Below, piece after piece: positions 1 to 9,852 of a stretch of DNA of 64,000 nt. The DNA comes from Podarcis gaigeae. Its lineage: Eukaryota. A program made the position numbers and the translations under genes. How positions within the stretch are numbered: position 1 is the stretch's first letter; each line of letters begins with the position of its first letter. Under the pieces are notes generated by a model. The model was given only the letters and a program-made list of their open reading frames with translations, made no database searches and had not been told where the DNA came from. Where the stretch lies: assembly GCA_964106915.2 (NCBI GenBank), contig OZ066917.1; one strand, written 5' to 3'.

Positions 1-5
1 AACAT

Positions 6-356
6 AAAGGTAAAGGGAACCCTGACCATTAAGTCCAGTCACGGATGATTCTGGGGTTGTGGCGATCATCTCGCTTTATTGGCCGAGGGAGCAGGCATAC
101 AGCTTCCGGGTCATGTGGCCAGCATGACAAAGCCGCTTCTGGCGAACCAGAGCAGCGCACGGAAACACCGTTTAGCTTCCCACTGGAGCGGTACCTATTT
201 ATCTACTTGCACTTTGATGTGCTTTCGAACTGCTAGGTTGGCAGGAGCAGGCACCGAGCAATGGGAGCTCACCCCGTTGTGGGGATTCGAACCGCCGACC
301 TTCTGATTGGCAAGCCCTAAGCTCTGTGGTTTAACCCACAGCGCCACCCGCGTCCC
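6..356 (-). mobile_element. Sauria (Squam1/POM-type) SINE, full length
   Basis: The minus strand begins GGGACGCGGGTGGCGCTGTGGGTTAAACC, has B-box-like GGTTCGAATCC and ends in an (ACCTTT)n tail. It is near-identical to the copy at 47141-47497. Confidence 0.92.
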
Positions 357-3300
357 CTAGGCTCCATGTTACACCAATCTAATTTCACATGGCCCAGGGT
401 CTAATTTTTATGTGGCTGACAAAGAGGGGAGAAACACAGCTGAAAGAAAAGAGAGGAAAGGGGGGTTACAGAGAGGACAGGGGAAGAGAGAAGGGGTATC
501 TGCCTAATTTTGATTCTGTCACCTTTTGGCCCCGCCCACTGCCAGCATGCAACTCCCAACACATTCCACCCAAGCAGGGGTGGCTCTCCTGGTGGGACAG
601 AGCCACAACAGCAGCTTTCTGGCAACAGCATTGTTGCTGTGTACTAGTTGTAAAGGGGAAAGAGACGAGGTGGTGGTGAGGTCAGGGCTGAGCAGATACA
701 CCCTCAGAAGCACTGTAATGTTTCCACCAGTGTGTCCACACAGTCCTGACCTTGGCACCCTTCCCTCCCAGGATGCAGCAGTCTCACTGCTGCTGGAAGC
801 CCATTGTTGCAACTCTGCTCCACTGGGGGAACCATTCCTCCTCCTGCAGAAATGCAACTCTCAGCAGAAAAAAAAGAGGTTCTTGGCCCCTGGTATAGAC
901 AATATAGAACTAGATGACCATTGCTTAATGTTTGGAGAATCCTATGTTTCTGCAGTTTTTAAGGGCTGGATGTGCCGATTCTAGCTACATGGGCATGCCC
1001 TGTCAACTAATCAATACAAAAGCAGCATTGAACTGTAATATTGACATTCTGGGTGGATTGTTTAATGAAACCATGTTGGAATGGGGTTTTGCACAATAAT
1101 TTGCTTGCTCTTAAAAACCTAGTAATTGAAAGTACAGAAAACAAATCTAGCTTTTAATGATTATAGTCAGCTCCACATTAAACAAGATTTGCAAGGTGAT
1201 GATGGATGTTAAGCTCCCAAGTGTTGAACTACGAATCTCAAAATTCACAAAAATTATATCTAATTATGAATTTACCTTACACATCAAGTGAAAAGTCAAG
1301 CAAGTGTATTGATAATGCCTGCTTTCCTGTCTTTTGGTTTAAACATTTGCATTTTTCATAAAATTGCAGAAGTATTGTTTAGTAGATTACACAGTAGAAA
1401 GGTTTAAGAAATGTGGATTCAGCTTTCCTCTCAATGAGTTTCTCCCTTATATTCCACGGCTATAATCTGTGCAGATTTATAGTGATTCTTTTAAGCTGCA
1501 ACATTTAGGGTGAGTTATGCCTCTTCAAATATTCAGGTTAGCTTAGCTGCATCACTTCAAGTATTAAGGATAGCATAGCCAGCCATTAAGTGAATGGTCT
1601 CAAACAGTCTTTAGCATAATTTTTTTTTTATCAGTCTGGCACTGCGGTTGGCAAAACAAGACTACTGGGAAGGATGTATATTGTTGAGATCATTTTCAAG
1701 GGCATTTATCATTAATATGTCAGGAGGAACTGACCCGACTAGGCCATTGTGATCTAGAAAATAAAATCCCTTGAAAGATGAATCAGTAAACAAAATAATC
1801 CATCATGGTTACTCTTTGTCAATGCCAGTTTTGTGTATTTCTTTCTAAGTTGTTATTTACAGCCAAACTAGGCATGAGTCTATTGACATATGTGGGCCCT
1901 GTTGTTGGGTGATAACACCGAGGCCTGGTTCCTCCCCACAACTCAGCATGGCCCAGGATTCATTCCTCTGGTCTCTCGTCATGAGCACACGACAAGCATA
2001 GTTCAAAACGGAAGCTCAGCCTTAAGGAGTAACAACTAAGCCTAATTTATTGCAAATTAAATCAAACGTAACAGAACAAAGAAAACATGGCTCTTCTCTG
2101 TGTCTTTCTTCCTCGGAGAGAGAACTGCAAAAGCAAAAGCTATACAGAGCGGAAACAGCGTATCTCAATTTCCCCTCACAAGACTCCAACAATCAGTGCT
2201 GGATTGTAAACAGCCATGTGACATGTAACAATCCCAAACACACATCTGCAGCACGGGAGGAATGGAATTCTCAACATCTGTGTGGTCACTTTTGTGGCTT
2301 TAAAAAAAACCAAAAAACTTTCGTTGGGGTGAAAGTTAGAACCACTGCATGAGGTGGAGGGTAGTTTTAATTATTTTGCTCCTGCGATGATTCCAGCTGG
2401 AATTGTATCTAGTATAGCCATTTGTCCTGCTTTAGAGAACAGTCCTCTGTTTGAAGGCATCCTCTATTTGCAGGATTGTCTACTCAATTCCAGTTTAATG
2501 ATAATCAACCCTAACAAAGAAGACAACGGCCTTGCAGTTAGCATCTGGACAGAAGTCTAAACAGGAACACCAGTCATCTGGCCAGTCTTCCAAACTATGA
2601 TAAGATGTGTTTCAATTTGAATGCATAGTAATCACTTCTAAACTTGCATTTATACATATATACTATTGCATCCATACTTATACGTTGATCCAAATCTGTT
2701 TCTTTTTTTGATCCCTCCTTTTTTAATCATGCATTCTGCCCTTTTTGGTGATGCGTAAGTGACAGTGCTAATCAGGGGCCCCATGCCTGCTATTTGCAAT
2801 GAGCATTTTCTTCCCATTGTGAACAGCACCTGTGCATATGTGTCATGGAGTATTCTGAGCAGGACCATGGAGAGGTCAAAGCTCCCCCATGTCATGGTCC
2901 TTGATCAGGCTTTATTCTCCCCATGCTGGCTATTTATTTCAACATTTCAGCCATGCAGAGGTTAAAGACACACCTATATTGTCACACCTAGTTTGGTCCC
3001 TAGTTATAAGGTAACTATTCAGGCTGTGGTAAATTTGTGCCTGTGAAATGTTTTAGGGTGAAAAGCTCCAAATATACAACTTTCCCCAGCCTTTTTGTGG
3101 CTTTTCACAGCCATTTGTTCCAAACTGTGCTCAAGGCACAGCAGCACGGCACCCTGACCGTGACCCTGCTCCTGACATTGTATAGCTCTTCCTGCTACCA
3201 ACCTCCCCACATCCATGTGCAGATCTGGAGGGAGAAACTTGGTGTGTAGACCTCTACAAACATATGAAGGCTACCCTGGATTCTTGCGTGATCAGGATTC

Positions 3301-3892
3301 CAGAATCTGAGGAAACACCTGCTCATGGGGTGGACTACATGCAAAAGCTTTCCTACTTCAGACAACAAATTTATTATTTCAGTCACAGACCTGTTCCAGC
3401 TCACATACAATATCAGGGAAGTCATAAAACACGATACTGATACATTTGAATTTGCAATTGGGTATAACAGAGACAATATAGTTATAACAGCATTTAAAAA
3501 TATATAAGTTAAATCTTAATCATTAAAATATAACCTAAAATTGTCATTTAAGGCCTTAGTCATTATGGTAGCACAGCTTGTTCCCTAAGTTTTATGGCAG
3601 TCACACAGAATTTGGCCACCCTTAGTGTGATCTCTGGATCCGTGTCCTCTACCAGGGATTTTAGACATTGAAGTTTCTACTTCAGAGGTCCACGTGGATG
3701 TGTGGATGTTGGGGGCAGGGTTGGTGGATCCTCTTGACATCAGGGGCAGGGCTAAAGCAGGATCCCACTGCTCTTTGAAGTTGCTTTGCCCTTCATGTTG
3801 AGAAATTCATGAAGGGGATTTCTGTAGTTGGAGCAGCCCTTCCTAATAGTCTGTTTAATGGGTGGAGGCTGTATTTCACTGACTGCTGTGTC

Positions 3893-3941
3893 AAGGGACG
3901 AGATGCCCCCTGGGGTCCCTTCCAACTCTATGATTCTGTGA
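3893..3941 (+). mobile_element. CR1 LINE 3' terminus
   Basis: GGGGTCCCTTCCAACTCTATGATTCTGTGA matches the CR1 3' stem-loop plus (ATTCTRTG)n tail. Confidence 0.7.
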
Positions 3942-4747
3942 AATGTTTACGAGCTGTAGAATCAGCTATGGGACATAGCTCACTGCTCAGCATGTTATAT
4001 AAGTATAAGTAGTAAACTACACATACAATAATTGGCATAAACTGGTTATTCAGATTTTGGTTGTTGTTGTTTTGCTGTTGTTGTTGTTTAGTTGCTGGTT
4101 TGATAGCAATCTGAGAAATCCTGATTAAATCCCCACTCAGCCCTGAAGTTCACTCAGTGGCCTCAGGTGCGTTGGCCTACCTCAGCTGAACTCATCTCAA
4201 AGGGATGCTGTGATGATCGATATGTAAAGATAGGTCAGACATTTTATTCTCAGCGATGTCTATAGTAAAGCTCTGCCGTTACAATCAAGTATATATTTTA
4301 ACGTAGTGTTTTGTGTCCCAGACTCATTTTAGAAGGAGAGTGCCTGACACTCAAAATGTCACCAGGGGCCCTTGATTTACGCTTCCTGCCTCGGCTTATA
4401 GCATGGCTCTAGAAAAATTGTTTAGAAATGCTACTCATGGTTGGAAAATGTGCAAAAGGCAGTCAACAATATAGGCAATTGCAAAGGTTTTTTTTTTTTT
4501 TAAAAAAAATAAAAAATATAAAAAATATAAAAAATTAAATTTAAAAAAACCACAGCTTATTGTTCATGCTTTCCCCAACTTCTATATAGATATAACACTA
4601 GCTCTTACTTTGAGTCTGTAGGTGAGTCATAAGCACTGTGACCTTGAACTTGAATCCTTACTGTTTTAATATTCCATGGTCATGAAAAAGTAAAATGATT
4701 AAAAGCTGCAAGGTTTATCTGAGTATGGAAGAGCTCACTGGTTAAAC

Positions 4748-5135
4748 CAGGGATGGGGAACCCTTTTCCTCTGAGGGTTGTGCTTCCTACTGGGCAAACT
4801 TCTGGAGGCCACATGCTAGTGGCAAATGTGGAACACAACCAAAACATCTGACCCAATGTGAATTTTACATTTGTAAGGTATGGCTAATGTCTTTGCACAC
4901 TCACACTTGCCCCTTTACCTTTCCTCCAGGCAAACAAGAAGCATGAAAGCATTTAAGGACACAGTTCAGCCATGCAAAAACACTCAAGGGAGGTGCAGAG
5001 CAGGGCCAGAGAGGGAGATGGCTTAGGATAAGGGTGTGTGACTAGGAAGAGATTGGATTGGGGAGAATCCAGGTGGCTAGTTAGAGGCGCCTGGAAGGCT
5101 GTATTTGAGCCCCAGGATTGAGGTTTCCTACCCCA
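4748..5135. mobile_element. Degenerate non-autonomous hAT-like element
   Basis: Termini CAGGGATGGGGAACC...GGTTTCCTACCCC are imperfect inverted repeats. Related segments lie at ~26160-26495 and ~58990-59060. Confidence 0.5.
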
Positions 5136-6594
5136 TGTTAGATAAAAGAATATTGACATCAAATGTCAACTCATGTCATCAAAATAGCTTATGGAGAATG
5201 CAGAAGCCTCATTTGAAAATAATATTTATCAAACCATCTTTAGAATTTAGTTTTAGATTAGGACTACAAATACAGAATGTTCTCCACTGCCACTCATTAG
5301 TATATTGCCTATATTACCTAAGCTGCTCTATCCATCTGTTTGAAAGTGCCTGTTTTTTATTGGGCAGAAAGAGTAGTAAATTCCAGACTCAGGGCCAAAC
5401 TACACATTACATTAAAAAGATGGTTTGATGTTACAAGTAACTGTTTTCAGCTTCAAATAGCACCTGGTCAACTGATGTCAACTGAAGCCTTTTTTCAAAT
5501 GCAATCAGTAGTTTTGTAGCTGCGATTCCTGTCAGGGCCACAAGGAGGATGGTGCAAGACTGATCCTGATTGTTTAACTGCAAATAGCAGCTGCTGCAGG
5601 CCCAAACAAACAAACATTGTGACAGGAAATTACACAGATTAATATTGTGTGCAGTTTAACCCTCAATTACCAAAACCTCTTGCAAGGAAATGATGTTATT
5701 TCTTTAAAGGAAATGTGTCCCAAGGAAGAGTTCCACAACTTCCCGTTGTATTGATGGTTCCAGAGCTAGAATTTGGCACATCACACAGGAAATACAGGAA
5801 AAGAAATGTGATGGGTAATGGAACCAGAACAGAGCACTTCCTACTGTTTTGAGAAAGAATGAAAGGCAATCACAGAGAAGTGTATATCTGTTGCTACGTG
5901 TTTGAAAAAGTGCCCAAGAACATGCCTGTGGGCAAACCAGTCATCGCATTTAGCATTATTACGGACATCCTGTCTTAGAAACATCCCTCTCTCTGTAGGC
6001 TTTTCCTGTCTTCATCGTTCACAATTGTCACAATGGCTCATTAAACTGACTATTCGCCACTCCAGGCTCCCAGGATGTCTTTGTGCCCTTCTACTAAGTG
6101 TTGGAGGCTAAAACTGCTGTGACATGTAGAACTCCAAGGGACAGATTTTTCTGTTTCAATATTGCCAGAAGGAGGTCAGTTTCTTTTGACTTATAGAGCT
6201 TGCTGGGGGGAAAACATTCCTGGGAGGTTGCTAGCTGGGCTTCTATCAGGACGACAGAACTTCTCAACACCATCGAAACAGGGAGCATGAACCACCATGA
6301 CTTAGATCCTAACTTCCTCCTGCTGGAGGGAGTGTCTCCCATAAGCAGCGTCCTGCTCACAGAAGGTGACTTCTACCATCTCATGCCCTCAAAAATCTGC
6401 TTTGTAAACCACTGCTATTGCCATGGTTCCTATGCCCACTACTTGCTCCAGCTTCCCATTGAGCCAGTGGATGGTTTCTCTCTGCAGATGTACGTGCTCA
6501 TCATTGGGACCGAGACCACAACAGGGGTGGAGGGTTACAGTGCCTTTTCACGCAAAATTGGGAAGGTTAAACGTTAAAATGCCCAAAATGTTTA

Positions 6595-6870
6595 AGACCT
6601 CATCTGCGCTATACATTCAAATATCATACCCCTTTAAGAAGACATGACTTATCCCAAAAGAATCCTGGGAACTGTGGTTTAACACTGCTGAGAGTTGTTA
6701 GACTCACAGAGCTATAGAGAAGTTTAATGATCATTCCCTCATCCCCAGGGAACTCTGGGAATTTTAGCTATGTGAGGGAGACAGTAGTCTCCTAACAACT
6801 CTCTGCACTCTGCAAAGATTCCAGTTCTCAGGATTCTTTGGGGGAAGCCAAGACATATAAAGGGATACTA
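6595..6870. mobile_element. Degenerate palindromic MITE (PIF/Harbinger-like family)
   Basis: Internal inverted arms AAGAATCCTGGGAACTG / CAGTTCTCAGGATTCTT and GAGAGTTGTTAG / CTAACAACTCTC; same family as 20702-20858. Confidence 0.6.
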
Positions 6871-7379
6871 CATCCTGAACTCAGAGTTTTCAGCTGGAGT
6901 TTAGCTGGGGAAGATACATGAAGTTCACAATGTTCATCTTCCAGGAGGAAGGAACACAATACTGCTGGTTTTAGGCTGAAATAATCCTACAGCATGTAGC
7001 AGAAGCTACCTGCCTACGTTGGGAAGTAAGGCAAGTTTAGAAGTTAGCTTAAATGAAAAATAAAAGGTTGCACTGAGTGCAATCCCATGCTCTGTATGTT
7101 TTGTTAATAAATCAAACTGTTTAAAGTACAGCTGGTGTGGTTTGATCCAAGGGGATTCTGAACAACCTGTATTAGCTCACTGCATATCCTTGCCTCGGGT
7201 CTTTTAGCCAAGTTGCTGCTCTGTATTCAGCAAGTGATGGCAGCTAACAATCCATTTAGATGCTCAGGTAAATTGGTCTTCCTAGTGACTGCCAGAGATA
7301 CAGAGCATCATAAGGATACTCTTAAGGACCCATGTCAAACTCACCTTCCCACAATGCCACGGTCCTGATATCCCCCAAC

Positions 7380-7382
<3 letters not shown>

Positions 7383-7425
<43 letters not shown>
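7383..7425. repeat. (TA)n microsatellite
   Basis: Direct observation. Confidence 0.98.
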
Positions 7426-7427
<2 letters not shown>

Positions 7428-7554
7428 ATATCTGATACACTTCGATATTACTTATCCAGCTGTGTTCTCTAGTTTCAAGCCTATTGAAACTAATAAAACA
7501 TTACAAAATAGCAGCTAAACATTTTGTACCAACTGAAGCCCACAGTAATCTCTC

Positions 7555-7790
7555 TCGGATGGGATTCACTACCTCAGATATAGAGATGGCCACCAAGTTG
7601 GATGGCTTTGAAAGGAGATCAGGCAAATTAATTGAGGATAAGGCTATCAATGGCTATATATCCATTCCAGTGGCAGAGGCAGTATGCCCCTGAATACCAG
7701 GAGAGAGTGAATGTCTTGCTTCTGGGATTCTCATAGGTATCTGGTTGGTCATTATGAGACTAGAATGCTGGGCTGGCTAGGCCTGTTTTC
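7555..7790 (+). mobile_element. CR1-type LINE 3' fragment (ORF2 end and 3' UTR)
   Basis: Translates ..MATKLDGFERRSGKLIEDKAINGY, typical of a CR1 ORF2 C-terminus. The UTR resembles 33715-33906; an antisense copy lies at ~16835-16935. Confidence 0.7.
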
Positions 7791-8654
7791 AGCTAATTTG
7801 GCCCTGCATATCATGATGTGGAAGCAGTAGTTTTAATCTGGGCACACTTGTTTAAGTGCCATCGATTGCACTGGGACTAAAGTGTGTTAAACTGTGCATG
7901 TTTATCTGCGGTCAGCCTCTCTGTTGTGAATGAATGGAGGTTCAATACATAGCTCCACTTTATTCCTAGAAAGATCTATGCTAAAAATGATTGGAATGTG
8001 AAATCCGTTGAAGATGCGGTACTGAAAATTCAGCTTGAAAGATACGTATTGATCTTGTCCCTAGTCTGGAATGGAACTTTTCAAAAAGGCCATCATTCAA
8101 CAAGCAAATACTGAAGGTGATCATAAAGAATGGTTTATGCATGTGCAAGGGAACCATTGACAACAACAAGGTTCTTCCCCAGTGTCTTTTCTCACTGCGG
8201 CATCAACAGGGATAAGCCACATTTTAACAGAGCGGTAACTTACTACATCGGCTGTTGGAGCAGCAGCAGCAAATTACCCTCAGAAAACATTGGACAGGGG
8301 CCCAGTTTCTTCGCATGAGCAGAAATGCTTCCATTGAATCTCACCCATTGGCAAAATGCAAAGATTAGCAATGAGCTTATAATGAAGTCCAAGTGCAACA
8401 GTGGACAGGAAACGCAGTCCAGTTGTCACAGGATTTATTTTCATGAACTCTGTCAAGACGTTCCAATGAAGCTGGCTGGCCGTTCTCCTTGTGAGGTATA
8501 ATGGAGCACATCCTTCCAAGTTCAATCAGCAACTAGAATCAGACTTAATCCAACAAGCCACTAGGATTACATAGCAGCTAACAGTGTTACAGGGGTGGGG
8601 AACCCATGGGCCTCTAGATGTTGTTGGACTACAACTCCCACCATCCCTGTCTGA

Positions 8655-9028
8655 AGCTGGATCTACACTGATCTGTTTAACATTATTAGAATGATATTAG
8701 ATATATCATTCTAAAACGTGATAGGGCATACTTGTTAATTAAAGCGTTTCTTACCTTTGTTTCCCCCCATAAAAACACTGTCTCCCTACTGCTGGTTGCT
8801 TGCAGCTCCAGTGTCACATTTTAATAACGCATTATGTGCATGAATAGTAGGTAGTCATGTGTCCATATACGTCCATATATCAAAACCCTTCCTTAATGTC
8901 AGGGCTTTTTCCCCCAGCCAGAACTCATTATAAGAGAACAAGGAAAGTGTTCATGGTGAGTTCTGGCACCTCTTTTTCTAGAAAAATAGCACTGCTTAAT
9001 GTTAAAAACTGTGAGTGTAGATCTGCCC
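8655..9028. mobile_element. PIF/Harbinger-like MITE
   Basis: TIRs AGCTGGATCTACACT / AGTGTAGATCTGCCC; 3-bp flanks TGA and TCA. Confidence 0.65.
8900..8994. mobile_element. Short hAT MITE
   Basis: TIRs CAGGGCTTTTT / AAATAGCACTG; perfect 8-bp TSD CTTAATGT (8892-8899, 8995-9002). Confidence 0.85.
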
Positions 9029-9729
9029 TCAGGGTTATGCTGACTGGGGCTGATGGGAATTGGGAGTCCAGCCACAGCTAAAGGGGCACAGGTTGCCCTC
9101 TCCTAGCTTAAAGGTCTCAGCCAGCATGGTGGCACTGCTCATGCCCATACATGATGCACAATGATATTTCTGCAGAACAAGAGGGGGAGCGAGCAATAGC
9201 CTCTTCTCAGGGTAGCCATTTACGCATAGACAAAAAGGGAGAAGAGGCACTGCCAAAACCGAAGGGACATCAATCTGCATTAAAAAGATGACATGGCAAT
9301 TCATAAGTATAGATGCACATTTTAAAATGAATTAATATAATATTTATATCATATATAGCGGAAGACTGCACTGGCCTGCACGGCATTGGGAGACTTGTGT
9401 GATGTCATGCAGTGTGTGCATGACGTCACACACGAGCAGTACCACTGCTTCTCATGCATTCATGGATGCATGAAGGAAGGAGCAGGGCCATAGCCGCTGG
9501 GTTTACCACAATGTTGCCTACCCTCTTTGCTCCAGCTTCTCATTAGTGGAAGGTCAGCTGAAAGGCCCATTCAGCTGAGCACCTTGTATGATCAGGGCTT
9601 CTGATCACGTGGAACAGCCTACATGGACTCAGCTGAACATGCATAGGCTCCCTGGGATGGCTATGTGAGGGGTGGAGCCAGTGAACATGGCCCCACACCC
9701 CCTGCCACTTATTATTAATTTTTAAATTT

Positions 9730-9852
9730 TATCAACCCTGTAAGACAGGTTAGGCTGGTGGCTGGTAACTGGCATAAGGTTACTCAAGGAGCTTCATATA
9801 GTCTGGATTTGAACTCTGGTCTTGCAGGTCCTAGTCTGACACTCTAACCACT
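9730..9852 (-). mobile_element. Old tRNA-derived (MIR/Squam3-like) SINE remnant
   Basis: The minus strand reads AGTGGTTAGAGTGTCAGACTAGGACC..GAGTTCAAATCC, resembling A and B boxes. Confidence 0.55.

Larger units (their letters stand above)
3090..6530 (+). pseudogene. Decayed CSPG4/NG2-family (CSPG-repeat, Cadherin_3-like) coding relic, frameshifted and interrupted by TEs
   Basis: Coding-like fragments occur in CSPG4 order: TVLKAQQHGTL (3124-3156), PPHI (3202-3213), HRPVPA (3384-3401), LDIEV..VWML..DPL (~3661-3735), HSR (6058-6066), then SWEVAS-x25-NFLLLEG..HG..FSLQM-YV..GTETTT (6218-6523). By hand count 77/123 codons in 6197-6565 end in G/C, high for this AT-rich window. There is a stop at 3247-3249 with a frame change, and CR1 and MITE insertions lie inside. 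Homology is from a remembered human CSPG4 sequence. Confidence 0.55.
8590..9105. mobile_element. hAT-type hairpin MITE split by nested insertions
   Basis: The left half (CAGGGGTGGGGAACC..GGACTACAACTCCCA, 8590-8650) and right half (..GATGGGAATTGGGAGTCC..GGTTGCCCTCTCCT, 9032-9105) belong to the family seen intact at 43898-44033. Confidence 0.7.

Noticed and set aside
3111-3420. Resemblance to the PKD1L1/PKD1 REJ start (QPP..VQIWR..LGV; A..Q..GS), and of 6400-6500 to the PKD1 GSxxxYxxxLP segment
   Set aside because: Key REJ Cys and Trp residues are missing, and CSPG4 explains more fragments in order with fewer gaps. It shows that by-eye matching can mislead, so both families should be included in the search.
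6320-6400. LLTEGDFY resembles the KIAA1755/PLEKHG4B N-terminal motif, and EG-x10-EG..MP resembles Gypsy RT
   Set aside because: Single short motifs; no YxDD and no extended alignment.
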